Shown one piece after another: positions 27,456 through 37,392 of a stretch of 64,000 nt of DNA (within the stretch, counting starts at the first letter, position 1; every line of letters begins with the position of its first letter). Origin of the DNA: Gammaproteobacteria bacterium (lineage in GTDB: Bacteria > Pseudomonadota > Gammaproteobacteria > GCA-001735895); NCBI GenBank assembly GCA_050295575.1, contig JBNKPX010000003.1, forward strand, positions 3,064 to 67,063. The letters run 5' to 3'. The position numbers and the translations under genes were made by a program. The notes beneath the pieces are model-generated. The model saw only the letters and a program-made list of their open reading frames with translations, ran no database searches and was not told the origin of the DNA.

Positions 27456-28655
27456 TTATAAGCCGAGCTTATTGGCTACAAAATCTGCATCCTTGTCACC
27501 TCGCCCTGACAGGTTGATCAGAATTGTCTGCTCACTGGACATGCTGGGTGCAATACGCATGGCATAAGCAACAGCATGCGCGCTTTCCAGTGCAGGGATG
27601 ATGCCTTCCATACGCGATAATGTCATAAAGGCGTCCAGGCATTCCTTGTCATCGGCCGAAACGTATTCTACGCGCTTGATGTCTTTAAGGTAGCAATGCT
27701 GGGGACCAACGCCAGGGTAATCCAGTCCGGAGGCAATGGAATATACTGGCAGTGGATTACCTTCATCATCCTGCAGGTTGTAACACTCAAAACCATGGAT
27801 AGCGCCTTTCTTGCCGAGGGTGAGGGTGGCAGCATGATCGGGTGTATCGAGCCCTTTGCCAGCAGGTTCTACACCCACCATTTTGACGCTTTCATCCTCT
27901 AAGAATGCGGTGAATAAACCAATCGCATTCGAGCCGCCACCTACACAGGCAGTGATGATGTCGGGTAACTTGCCCTCTTTCTGCATGAATTGATCGCGTG
28001 CTTCAAAGCCTACGATACTCTGAAAATCGCGTACCATTTTTGGAAAAGGATGCGGGCCGACCACAGAACCAATGGCGTAGAAAAAATTCACCGGATCTTT
28101 CAGGTATTCTTCAAATGCACTGTCCACCGCATCTTTCAGGGTCTGTGTGCCGCGTGTAACAGGAACCAGTTTACAACCCAGAATCTTCATCTTGGTGACA
28201 TTCGGGTGTTCTTTTTCTATATCGATCTGCCCCATGTGGATTTCGCAATCTATGCCAACCAGTGCACAGGCTGTGGCCAGTGCTACACCGTGTTGTCCGG
28301 CTCCGGTTTCGGCCAGTACCTTGGTCTTGCCCATATGTTTGGCGAGCAGTGCTTCACCCAGACAATGATTGATTTTATGTGCGCCAGTGTGGTTCAGGTC
28401 CTCTCTTTTCAGAAAAATACGTGCACCGCCAAGTTTTTCAGACAGTCGACTGGCATAGTAAATCGGGCTGGGTCGGCCGACATAATCTACATTCAGAGAG
28501 GCTAGTTCCTGTTTAAATGCCTCGCTCTGACTGACCTGATCGTAGGCATCATTGATGTCATCCATGATCTGCTTTAATTCCGGTGGTATTACCTGACCAC
28601 CATATTCTCCGAAGTAACCCTGTTCATTGGGCATGGGCGCAAAATCAAAAGTCAT
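27456..28655 (-). CDS. trpB: Tryptophan synthase beta chain (TrpB1-type), with no adjacent trpA
   Basis: [34 protein letters not shown] (PLP lysine) and GGGSNAIG motifs. Confidence 0.88.
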   Translation of the reverse strand: MTFDFAPMPNEQGYFGEYGGQVIPPELKQIMDDINDAYDQVSQSEAFKQELASLNVDYVGRPSPIYYASRLSEKLGGARIFLKREDLNHTGAHKINHCLGEALLAKHMGKTKVLAETGAGQHGVALATACALVGIDCEIHMGQIDIEKEHPNVTKMKILGCKLVPVTRGTQTLKDAVDSAFEEYLKDPVNFFYAIGSVVGPHPFPKMVRDFQSIVGFEARDQFMQKEGKLPDIITACVGGGSNAIGLFTAFLEDESVKMVGVEPAGKGLDTPDHAATLTLGKKGAIHGFECYNLQDDEGNPLPVYSIASGLDYPGVGPQHCYLKDIKRVEYVSADDKECLDAFMTLSRMEGIIPALESAHAVAYAMRIAPSMSSEQTILINLSGRGDKDADFVANKLGL

Positions 28656-28754
28656 ATCTATTCCTCGTTTGTTGTTTTATTGAGTGTTTATATTAGGATA
28701 AACCCGATTAGAGCAGAGTTAAATGCCCAATAGAAACGATAAAAACAGCATGCC

Positions 28755-29786
28755 TTAAGAATTAAAGTGGTATTCCATTCTCTCGTGATAAGGCCTGTCA
28801 GGGGTTACAAGCGATGAAGGGAAGTCAGCTCTGTTTGGCGTATCAGGGTAATGCTGTGTTTCAAGGCATAAGCCACTGTGCGGTTGGTATACCTGACCAG
28901 ACTTGCCATGAATATCGTTAAGATAATTGCCGGTATACAGCTGTACCCCAGGTTGAGTGGATAAAATGGACAGGCTGATACCATTGGCCGGATTGCTCAG
29001 GCTTGCCACCTGTTTTAATGCATCTGGTTTTCCTGTAACAATAAAATTATGATCAAAGCCCTTACATTTGAGGATTTGCGGATCGCTAAAATCTAACTTG
29101 TCCGAGATAGATACAGGAGCGGTAAAATCAAAGGCTGAACCTGCCACATGCTGTATTTCCTTTAACGGGATAAAGCTATCATCTACCGGGCAGTATTGGG
29201 GCGCATGCAGCTGTAATTGATGATGCAGAATGTCTCCGCTACCCTGAAGGTTAAAATATGAATGCTGAGCAAGATTGACATGGGTTGCCTTATCTGTGGT
29301 TGCCTTTAAGTCAATCATCAACTGGTTGTCTTCAGTTAAGGTATATTCAACACAGATTGTCAGATTACCAGGGTAGCCTTCTTCTCCATGCGGACTGGTT
29401 AAGCTGAAGGCAACGCCATTTTTAATCTCTTTTGCAGACCATATTTTTTTCGCATAGCCCGCAGGTCCGCCATGTAAATGATTAGGCGGGTCGTTTATGG
29501 CTAATGAATAGGATGTTCCCTCAAGCTCAAAGCTGCCTTTAGCAATCCGATTGGCAAAGCGTCCGACAATAACACCCATGAAACAGTCGTCAGCCATGTA
29601 TTCATCAAGGGTGTCGTAACCTAACACGACGTCAACCAGCTCACCCTTCCGATCGGGAACCGACAGTGATTTAATAGCGGCACCATATTCAGACAGCTCA
29701 ACCTTCATGCCGTTTGAATTTTGAATCTGGAACAGTTGAACCGGGCCCTGCTCGCATTCTCCAAAAAGGATTTTATTCATTTTCAT
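28755..29786 (-). CDS. galM: Aldose 1-epimerase (mutarotase)
   Basis: GRFANRIAKGSFELEG...NHLHGG and LCLETQHYPD are typical of aldose 1-epimerases. It is the last gene of the xylose operon. Confidence 0.85.
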   Translation of the reverse strand: MKMNKILFGECEQGPVQLFQIQNSNGMKVELSEYGAAIKSLSVPDRKGELVDVVLGYDTLDEYMADDCFMGVIVGRFANRIAKGSFELEGTSYSLAINDPPNHLHGGPAGYAKKIWSAKEIKNGVAFSLTSPHGEEGYPGNLTICVEYTLTEDNQLMIDLKATTDKATHVNLAQHSYFNLQGSGDILHHQLQLHAPQYCPVDDSFIPLKEIQHVAGSAFDFTAPVSISDKLDFSDPQILKCKGFDHNFIVTGKPDALKQVASLSNPANGISLSILSTQPGVQLYTGNYLNDIHGKSGQVYQPHSGLCLETQHYPDTPNRADFPSSLVTPDRPYHERMEYHFNS

Positions 29787-29825
29787 TAGTGATGAGAGCC
29801 AGAGTTGATAGCGCTGTTTTAAGGA

Positions 29826-30602
29826 TCATCGTTTTTCGATATTGTTGCGTGGTTCCCAGTCGTCAGGAAGTCTGCCTAGAATAATCAGACTAAGCACATC
29901 ATCTTTGGTGACGTCTTCAATTTTATAGCTGCCGACGTTTTTACCATTTTTCATAACCATGATACGGTCGCACAGGTCAAATACATCGTGCATGTCATGG
30001 CTAATCAGGAAAATGCCAATCCCTTCCGAACGTAATTGCTTGATAATATCAGCAACCATGGCTGTTTCTGACGGCCCCAGGGCTGCTGTCGGTTCATCCA
30101 TAATCAGTATGCGTGCGTCAAAATAAATCGCGCGACCAATGGCAACGACCTGGCGTTGACCACCAGAAAGGTTTACAACAGCATCCGTGATATTTTTAAA
30201 GTTTGGATTTAAGCGGTTGAACACTTCGCGTGCTTTAGACTCCATGGTGTCATCATCTAGCGTGCCCCAGGGGGTCATGATTTCACGTCCTAAGAACAGA
30301 TTAGCGGGTGCATTGAGGTTACCGGCTAATGCAAGCGTCTGATAGATGGTTTCAATGCCGTATGATCTTGAGTCGCGAGGATTTTCGATGTCGGCTTTTT
30401 TTCCCTGCACAAAAATCTCACCGCCATCAATTTCCAGTGCGCCAGAGAGCATATTCATCAGGCAGGATTTTCCGGCGCCGTTATGCCCCAGTACACCGAC
30501 GACTTCACCGGGATAGAGGTCAATGGAGACATCTTCTACCGCATGTACACCGCCAAAGCGTTTTTGAATGCCCTTCATTTCTACTAGTGGTTGTTTTTGC
30601 AT
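29826..30602 (-). CDS. Sugar ABC transporter ATP-binding protein (single nucleotide-binding domain)
   Basis: Walker A GHNGAGKS, signature LSGGQRQ and Walker [10 protein letters not shown]. The ATG at 30602 ([16 protein letters not shown]) follows the permease stop by 11 nt. The ORF-track start at 30644 would overlap the permease gene. Confidence 0.85.
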   Translation of the reverse strand: MQKQPLVEMKGIQKRFGGVHAVEDVSIDLYPGEVVGVLGHNGAGKSCLMNMLSGALEIDGGEIFVQGKKADIENPRDSRSYGIETIYQTLALAGNLNAPANLFLGREIMTPWGTLDDDTMESKAREVFNRLNPNFKNITDAVVNLSGGQRQVVAIGRAIYFDARILIMDEPTAALGPSETAMVADIIKQLRSEGIGIFLISHDMHDVFDLCDRIMVMKNGKNVGSYKIEDVTKDDVLSLIILGRLPDDWEPRNNIEKR

Positions 30603-30615
30603 TTTAAGGCACCCC

Positions 30616-31830
30616 TTATCGACGACTTTTATAAATAGAGTCAAACCAGACCGCGAGTATGAGAACCAGGCCTATGATGACCTGCCGCATAGCCGATGAC
30701 ACACCCATCAAGACCATGCCATTTTCCAGGCTTTGCATGATCACTGCCCCGAGGATCGCTCCCGCTATGGTACCAGCGCCACCTGCCAACGAGGTGCCGC
30801 CTATTACTGCTGCGGCAATAACGCTAAGTTCGGTGAGCATGCCCATGGAATTGGCCCCTGCATTCAGGCGTGCGGTAGTCACGACTGCGGCTATACCGCA
30901 AAGAACGCCCATAACGGCAAAGATAATAACTGTGGTCTTTTTAACGTCTATACCTGATAGCTCAGCCGCTTCTGGATTGCCGCCCATGGCAAATACATAG
31001 CGTCCAAAACGGGTTATTTTTGAGATCAATGTCATGACTATAACCACAAGGATCAGGATCAGTACAGGGACGGGAATACCGCGCGGAATTTCAGTACGGG
31101 GTTTGTAATAGGAGTTCATCACCATAACAAAACCAATGATCAGGGCGGACCAGAATATGAGCAGTCCCAGCTCCATGGCAAGAGACTTGACCTTGAAATT
31201 ATGATTCAGACGACTGCGTCGTGTCTGAAAGGTAAGGATAGCGAGAATTGCGATGGCTGCAAAACCTAAAATCCAGCTCCATAGTTCTCCAATAGAGCCA
31301 TTGATACCACCGCCTAATAATTGATAGGTAGGGTCCATTGGGGCAACCGTGCGCCCATCAGTGACCAGAAATGCCCCGCCGCGGAACATCAATAAGCCGC
31401 CCAGAGTTACAACAAAGGCTGGAATGCCACGGTAGGCGATCCAGTAACCGTTCCAGGCGCCAATGATGGCCCCCAGTAATAATCCTAACATAATGGTTGT
31501 GGGCCAGTTCCAGGCTGTCCCTATAGGAAAGATATCAACCTGTAACCAGGCGATGACCATACCGGTAAATCCCATCACAGAACCAACCGACAGATCGATA
31601 TGGCGTGCCACTATAACGAGTACCATGCCGGTAGCCATGATGCCAACGACAGAGCTTTGCACTGCCAGATTGTATAAATTTCGTGATGTCAGAAAGATGC
31701 CGTCTGTCATCATATTTAAACCTAACCAGATCGCGATAAGAACAGCGACCATTGCGATCATTCGAGTGTCTAGTTCGGTAGATGCTATCCACTGTGATAG
31801 CCTCGATTGTTTTTGATTATCTGAGCTCAT
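30616..31830 (-). CDS. xylH: Xylose-type sugar ABC transporter permease
   Basis: About 400-aa polytopic permease of the branched monosaccharide (BPD_transp_2) type, with an XylH-like N-terminus. Operon context with xylF, xylA and xylB supports the call. Confidence 0.7.
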   Translation of the reverse strand: MSSDNQKQSRLSQWIASTELDTRMIAMVAVLIAIWLGLNMMTDGIFLTSRNLYNLAVQSSVVGIMATGMVLVIVARHIDLSVGSVMGFTGMVIAWLQVDIFPIGTAWNWPTTIMLGLLLGAIIGAWNGYWIAYRGIPAFVVTLGGLLMFRGGAFLVTDGRTVAPMDPTYQLLGGGINGSIGELWSWILGFAAIAILAILTFQTRRSRLNHNFKVKSLAMELGLLIFWSALIIGFVMVMNSYYKPRTEIPRGIPVPVLILILVVIVMTLISKITRFGRYVFAMGGNPEAAELSGIDVKKTTVIIFAVMGVLCGIAAVVTTARLNAGANSMGMLTELSVIAAAVIGGTSLAGGAGTIAGAILGAVIMQSLENGMVLMGVSSAMRQVIIGLVLILAVWFDSIYKSRR

Positions 31831-31920
31831 ATGAACCGTCTCGGCAAGCGTGATTTCTAAAAAGCTATCGTTGCCTCAGGGACTGTGAGCATATACAGTC
31901 CCCGAGGCTTCGAAGTGAGG

Positions 31921-32964
31921 TTATTTACAGGCCTTAGGGGCTTTAGAGGCTTTTACACCCTGACAAACCACTGATTTTTTAACCCAACCAGCATCAATAA
32001 CAACGTCCAGATTGTCTTTGGTTACAGGTACTGGAGGTAGAAGAATGGCGTTCATCTCAATGCCTTTTGCGCCGCCACTCCATTTGATAGCGCCCTTAAC
32101 CTTATTGCCAGCTACACCCTTCGCCAGTTGAACCGCAATTTCGCCAGCAGCTTTACCTAATGCGCGCGCATCTTTCCAGACTGAAACAGTTTGTAAACCA
32201 CGTGCAACACGATTCAGCGCCGCGTGATCACCATCCTGACCGGACACAGGAAGACCTTCAAGGCCCTGTGCGGTTAGGGCAGCAACAACACCACCCGCTG
32301 TACCATCGTTGGAAGCGACGACAGCATCAACCTTATTATTGTTTGCAGTCAGGATTTGCTCCATGTTGTTCTGCGCATTTTCAGGCTTCCAGCCATCGGT
32401 ATATTGTTCGCCAACAACCTTGATGTCGCCTTTTGCAATCGCTTTTTTTAACACTTCAAGCTGACCGCCATGCAGGAAGTCTGCATTGGGATCGGTTGCA
32501 GCACCCTTGATGAATACATAGTTGCCTTTAGGCTGAACTTTATAAACAGCACGTGCCTGCATGCGTCCTACTTCAACATTATCAAATGTCAGATAGAATA
32601 CGCCGGGTGCTTCGATTAAGCGGTCATAACCCAGTACAGGAATACCTTCAGCCTGCGCTTTGGCTACCGCAGGAAGTACAGCACCTGAATCCCAGGCAAG
32701 CACGATAATCGCATCTGCGCCGCGTGCAATCAGGCTTTCAATATCAGCCAGTTGCTTCTCGGCAGAACCACCGGCATCCGCACTGATATATTTTGCGTTA
32801 CCGAGACCTTTTTTGATGCCCTTTTCGTCTGTTTTCCAGCGTTCTTCCTGGAAGTTTGACCAACTGACGCCCACAACCAAATCTTTCGCAAATGCAGCCC
32901 CTGCTGCTCCAACAGTAAGCGCCGCACCAAGTACTGCACTCAAAACACTCTTTTTAACATTCAT
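31921..32964 (-). CDS. xylF: D-xylose ABC transporter periplasmic substrate-binding protein
   Basis: Signal peptide followed by [24 protein letters not shown], which parallels the XylF motif (LRLERWQKDRD in E. coli). Operon context supports the call. Confidence 0.75.
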   Translation of the reverse strand: MNVKKSVLSAVLGAALTVGAAGAAFAKDLVVGVSWSNFQEERWKTDEKGIKKGLGNAKYISADAGGSAEKQLADIESLIARGADAIIVLAWDSGAVLPAVAKAQAEGIPVLGYDRLIEAPGVFYLTFDNVEVGRMQARAVYKVQPKGNYVFIKGAATDPNADFLHGGQLEVLKKAIAKGDIKVVGEQYTDGWKPENAQNNMEQILTANNNKVDAVVASNDGTAGGVVAALTAQGLEGLPVSGQDGDHAALNRVARGLQTVSVWKDARALGKAAGEIAVQLAKGVAGNKVKGAIKWSGGAKGIEMNAILLPPVPVTKDNLDVVIDAGWVKKSVVCQGVKASKAPKACK

Positions 32965-33018
32965 TTCTATTCTCTCCTGACATCATTATTGATGCATTTG
33001 TTGATCAGGTAGTCTTTG

Positions 33019-34632
33019 TTAAGACCCCTTGCTTGCTTTGAACGAAGCCTGCCAAATAGCCGGCGTCTCACGTCCGCGCTCAATACGCACGAATTGGTTT
33101 GCGTACAGGCGTATCCAGGGCCCCCATTCTCCATCAGGCCATTGAATACGTACCGTTACACGCTCAGCTACGCCCACGCCAAAGTGATGCCACAGGGCAC
33201 TTCCTCCGGCATGTCCGCCGCCAATTGAAATTTCCTTGCGTTGGACTTTTTCTCCTGCACGTAATTCTATCCAGGCACCAACAGCATTTCGATTGCTGTT
33301 GTTCTGCTGTACTTTTAAAGCTACCCAGTTTCCCATAGGGACTGGTTTCTGAGCATCGCCAAAACCGGTGTTTTTCCATACCTGAGTATCGGCTTCACGG
33401 TTGTTTACCACGACATCAAGCATGCCATCCAGGTTAAGGTCGGCAACAGCTGCACCTCTGGACTGTTTTAACGTGATCAGGCCAGCCTTGTCAGCCGCTT
33501 CTTTAAAGCTGCCGTCATATTGACCGAGTAATAGATTATTGGGGTCTTTTTGCGCAAAGTCACTCATCGAATGCACATTGCCTTTTGTTATATACAGATC
33601 AACAAAGGTGTCATTGTTGAAGTCTTCAAACTGGGCATGCCAGCCTGTAGAGGGCGTGACTTCTCCTCCCACAAAGGGGCGGTGAGCCGTTAAACCAACT
33701 TGATGTGCAAGGTCGGTATAGGCCGCTTTCGTTGGGCCCTTTGCCAGTGTGCGCAATTTATTGTCGCCCATACTGGTCAGGTAGTATTCAGGGTAACCAT
33801 CATTGGTAAGGTCATAGCTGGCAATACCCATACCCCAGATCTTCAGCTTTCGCCAACCATCCCTGGATGAATACAGGCTGGGCTTTTTGCCTTTGGATAC
33901 TTTCCACAGCTGTTCCTGACCCTGTTTGTAATATTGCCGGTCATTGGCAACGCGCAGGCTGGGCTCGCCAGAGCGGTTCCAGTCGCTAAACAGCATCGAC
34001 AGGGTGCAGTAGCTGGGCGTTAAGGGAGTTGCTGCTGCAAATTTGCCTGACTCCGCCTGTGGGCGATACAGGAAGTTGTCATGGCAGGTACCCCATGGCT
34101 GTCCCGGCTGAGAGCGATCTACATAATTTCCAGTAGCCAGGGTTGGCCAGCTTTCGCCCTGTTCCCAGGTTGCGGAAAATGCAGTGGACCAGTTGTTCTG
34201 GCTGATGAAATTCCATTCCTCATTTGCGCGTTCAAAGCGGCAGTTACCCAGACCTTTATAAAGGGCATTTTCACCCACGCGTAAAATGGCAAGATCCATC
34301 AAGCCGTCACCGTTGACATCCAGCGGATAGGCTCCGGTGACATCTTGCAGGTTTAGATTTTGATCTGATGCTTTGCTGAATTTGATATCACCGCCACGGC
34401 TAGACTGGTTGATATACAGCTGGGCAGGGCTGGAGCCTCCTGCCAGATATAACTCGGGATACTGGTCATTATTGCAGTCAAAGGCTGCAATCCCTCCACC
34501 GACATAAAACTCCCAGCCCCCTTCATAGCGATGCTGGATACCGGATGTGGTGGTTTCTATCATGTTGGGGGCATCACTTGCTATGGCTTGGGCTGAGGAT
34601 AAAAGCATCAGTGAGAAAACGGTTTTATTCAT
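33019..34632 (-). CDS. CRTAC1-family protein (FG-GAP/VCBS repeats + ASPIC/UnbV C-terminal domain), secreted
   Basis: Signal peptide MNKTVFSLMLLSSAQAIAS. Repeated D-x-N-x-D-G motifs are present (FDCNNDQYPELY, DVNGDGLMDL, DLNLDGMLDV). The C-terminus NRNAVGAWIELRAGEKVQRKEISIGGGHAGG...HFGVG...IQWPDGEW is typical of UnbV_ASPIC. Confidence 0.75.
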   Translation of the reverse strand: MNKTVFSLMLLSSAQAIASDAPNMIETTTSGIQHRYEGGWEFYVGGGIAAFDCNNDQYPELYLAGGSSPAQLYINQSSRGGDIKFSKASDQNLNLQDVTGAYPLDVNGDGLMDLAILRVGENALYKGLGNCRFERANEEWNFISQNNWSTAFSATWEQGESWPTLATGNYVDRSQPGQPWGTCHDNFLYRPQAESGKFAAATPLTPSYCTLSMLFSDWNRSGEPSLRVANDRQYYKQGQEQLWKVSKGKKPSLYSSRDGWRKLKIWGMGIASYDLTNDGYPEYYLTSMGDNKLRTLAKGPTKAAYTDLAHQVGLTAHRPFVGGEVTPSTGWHAQFEDFNNDTFVDLYITKGNVHSMSDFAQKDPNNLLLGQYDGSFKEAADKAGLITLKQSRGAAVADLNLDGMLDVVVNNREADTQVWKNTGFGDAQKPVPMGNWVALKVQQNNSNRNAVGAWIELRAGEKVQRKEISIGGGHAGGSALWHHFGVGVAERVTVRIQWPDGEWGPWIRLYANQFVRIERGRETPAIWQASFKASKGS

Positions 34633-36041
34633 CCCTGGACACCTGTGGAGAATTTGAGGCTTTTAAGGAATTCAATGATTTCAGCCTGCCTCTGCGCGGG
34701 CATATTTGCGAACATCTGACGTGATGCAGCGGCTTCCCCGCCGTGATGCAAAATGGCTTCACGCAAGGTGGTTACATCGCCACGATGACCATAGGGTGCG
34801 CTGTCACCTACTCCCCATAGACGGGGTGTTAAAAATACATCGCGAGGAATGAAGCGTTGGCCTAATAATTCATTCGCAAAATGATTGTTTTCATTATCTG
34901 CAATAGTATGGCGTTTGAGGTCAGAGAAGAGTGGAATGAGCCATTCTCCATTGGCGTTTTTGTTAAGGCCCATGCTGGATAACCGAATCTCAATTGGGGT
35001 CTTAACGTCACTAATGCGCAGGTTTCCTGCACCATTGACAGGATTGGGTTCAGTGAAGCTGAGCGATTTTAGTGGTAATGCCAGCATGTGGCAGCTGTTA
35101 CATTGTGCATCGACAAAGTTTTTCTGGCCTGCCTGAGCGGCTTCCTGCTGCAGCTTGTGTTCAGGTAATTTTTGTAGCGGTGTGGCAAGAGTTGCCTGAA
35201 AGGCAACTAGCGCAGTGATGTCTCCAGTGAGCAGCTCGTTCGGTATGCCGTCCTCATCAAAGTCCTCTACCCCGGTCCAGCGAGATCCATAACGCTCAAC
35301 CGATTGCATACCGTGATGGGCATTCATGGCGTTGATGGTAAATTGGCGCAGGGATGAGAAGACGCCTTTTTGACTAAAGGGTTTTACGATCAGGTCGAAG
35401 TCTACACCCTCGACATCGTCGACATTGATGAAGCCATCTGCTGCAACCGACAAGCTGCCAAATTGAACGCCTTTTGTCTGTAGAGTAATGCGCTGAGTTT
35501 TTTGGGTAGTGCGGGCGTCTTCAACGGCTTTGTCGCGCAATCGCTGAAGATCATTTGTCATCTCACGGGCAAGCAGTTCAACAAGGCCTGAGCCAAATAG
35601 ATGAGTCGTGCCTCTCTCGTTTGAAAACTGGGGGTCTAGCGTATCAAACTCAGCATCATCTATGCCTTCAGATGAAAAGACATTGGTGACAAAATCACCG
35701 CCACCACCGGCTATGGGCTGGTTGTGGCAGCCGGCGCAGGAATTGGCTTCAGGGCCTGATGTCCTGAAAAAAGCGGGAGTCGCGCCAGGTTCTCTCCAGG
35801 TAGGGATTTCTGCCTGGGTTGCAGCAGGTCGACCAACCCCATCCTGTGGGGTGAATCTGGCAACGAATAAGGACTTTCCCTGAGCCACCAGTTGCTGCTG
35901 CGACATTTGCTCTGCCGCAGCCTGTGTCAGGTGCTCATGTATAGCCCTTTCATCACCAATTGTTGGGTCAGCTGCCAGAGGCAGATAGGCAGTGCCTATC
36001 ATGACAGAGGAAACGAGCGCAATGGAGGCTATGGACTTCAC
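34629..36041 (-). CDS. Di-haem c-type oxidoreductase, DUF1111 family (putative peroxidase / thiol oxidoreductase), periplasmic
   Basis: GTG start and a signal peptide. Two CxxCH haem-binding motifs: CAGCH (nt 35724-35738) and CNSCH (nt 35088-35102). CAGCHNQPIAGGGG is as in DUF1111. There is a 4-nt ATGA overlap with the downstream CRTAC1 gene. Confidence 0.7.
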   Translation of the reverse strand: MKSIASIALVSSVMIGTAYLPLAADPTIGDERAIHEHLTQAAAEQMSQQQLVAQGKSLFVARFTPQDGVGRPAATQAEIPTWREPGATPAFFRTSGPEANSCAGCHNQPIAGGGGDFVTNVFSSEGIDDAEFDTLDPQFSNERGTTHLFGSGLVELLAREMTNDLQRLRDKAVEDARTTQKTQRITLQTKGVQFGSLSVAADGFINVDDVEGVDFDLIVKPFSQKGVFSSLRQFTINAMNAHHGMQSVERYGSRWTGVEDFDEDGIPNELLTGDITALVAFQATLATPLQKLPEHKLQQEAAQAGQKNFVDAQCNSCHMLALPLKSLSFTEPNPVNGAGNLRISDVKTPIEIRLSSMGLNKNANGEWLIPLFSDLKRHTIADNENNHFANELLGQRFIPRDVFLTPRLWGVGDSAPYGHRGDVTTLREAILHHGGEAAASRQMFANMPAQRQAEIIEFLKSLKFSTGVQG

Positions 36042-36051
36042 GGCAAGCTTT

Positions 36052-37368
36052 TTATAGGTACCTGTTGAAAAGGTTTTCGAGGTATTCCTGCCGCCCAGAA
36101 CGTGGTGCAGGGTTAATCTCCTGTTTGTGAACGATGTCGGCTACATCGCTTAGCGATAAAGAACCATCCAGAATGCCTTTGCCCACACCCTGATCCCATC
36201 CCGCATAACGCTGATCAATAACGTCCTGGAATTTTCCATCTTCAATCATTTTAGCGGCATTCAGCAGTCCACGTGCGCAGGTGTCTATGCCTCCGATATG
36301 GGCATAAAACAGATCTACAGGATCTATCGACTGGCGACGGATTTTGGCATCAAAATTTAAACCACCAGTGCCCAGGCCACCGTTTTGCAGGATGTAATAC
36401 ATTGCGCGGGTGATTTCTGCAATATCATTGGGGAATTGATCGGTATCCCATCCGTTCTGCGGATCTCCACGATTCATATCGATGCTACCCAGCAGGTTGT
36501 TGGCAACAGCATAGGCAATTTCATGCTCAAAGCTATGCCCCGCCAGAGTGGCATGATTGGCTTCAATGTTCAGCTTTACTTCTTTTTCAAGGCCGTACTT
36601 TAATAAGAAGGCATGAACGCTCTGACTATCAAAGTCGTATTGATGCTTTGTGGGTTCATGTGGTTTGGGTTCAATTAATATCGTGCCTTTGAAACCAATT
36701 TTATGTTTGTGCTCAACAACCATACTCAGGAAGCGACCAAATTGATCTGCTTCACGCTTCAGGTCAGTGTTTAACAGGGTGTCGTAGCCTTCGCGGCCAC
36801 CCCAAAGTACATAGTTCTCACCATTCAGGCGATGGGTCATATTTAGCACGTTACAAACCTGTGCTGCTGCATAAGCCACAACCTCAGGGTCGGGGTTGGT
36901 GCCGCCGCCAGCCATAAAGCGCTTATTGCTGAACAGGTTTGCCGTTCCCCACAGCAATTTCACACCGGTTCTTTCCATCTCAGCCTGCATCTGATCGGCT
37001 ATTTGAGCCAGGTTGTCATTGCTTTGAGCCAGTGTGTCGCCTTCTGGAGCGACATCTCGATCATGAAAGCAGAAGTAGGGGGTGCCTAATTTTTCAAAGA
37101 ATTCGAAAGCGACCTTGAGTTTATGGCTGGCCAGAGCCATTGGGTCAGCACCACTAAACCAGGGACGATCCAATGAGCCTTCACCGAAAGCGTCATTACC
37201 CTGCCAGCAAAAGGTATGCCACCAGCACACGGCAAAGCGCATGTGCTCTTTCATGCTTTTACCCATAACAACTTGATCGGGATTGTAATAGCGATACGCT
37301 AATGGATTTTCGCTATCAACGCCTTCAAAAGGGATCTTGCTAATATCTTTAAAGTAATCGTTCATCAT
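36052..37368 (-). CDS. xylA: Xylose isomerase
   Basis: 438 aa with [31 protein letters not shown] and [17 protein letters not shown], which are canonical XylA motifs. Confidence 0.95.
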   Translation of the reverse strand: MMNDYFKDISKIPFEGVDSENPLAYRYYNPDQVVMGKSMKEHMRFAVCWWHTFCWQGNDAFGEGSLDRPWFSGADPMALASHKLKVAFEFFEKLGTPYFCFHDRDVAPEGDTLAQSNDNLAQIADQMQAEMERTGVKLLWGTANLFSNKRFMAGGGTNPDPEVVAYAAAQVCNVLNMTHRLNGENYVLWGGREGYDTLLNTDLKREADQFGRFLSMVVEHKHKIGFKGTILIEPKPHEPTKHQYDFDSQSVHAFLLKYGLEKEVKLNIEANHATLAGHSFEHEIAYAVANNLLGSIDMNRGDPQNGWDTDQFPNDIAEITRAMYYILQNGGLGTGGLNFDAKIRRQSIDPVDLFYAHIGGIDTCARGLLNAAKMIEDGKFQDVIDQRYAGWDQGVGKGILDGSLSLSDVADIVHKQEINPAPRSGRQEYLENLFNRYL

Positions 37369-37392
37369 TTCTCACAAATTGTGTTTCCAGTT

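Noticed and set aside
27990-28505. 171-aa plus-strand ORF (and the nested 28147-28368 ORF)
   Set aside because: Antisense to trpB, whose protein shows canonical motifs along its whole length. This is a shadow ORF.
30659-31816. Several plus-strand ORFs (30659-31000, 30733-30957, 31463-31816)
   Set aside because: All are antisense to the xylH-like permease gene. Such ORFs are typical on the reverse strand of hydrophobic membrane-protein genes.
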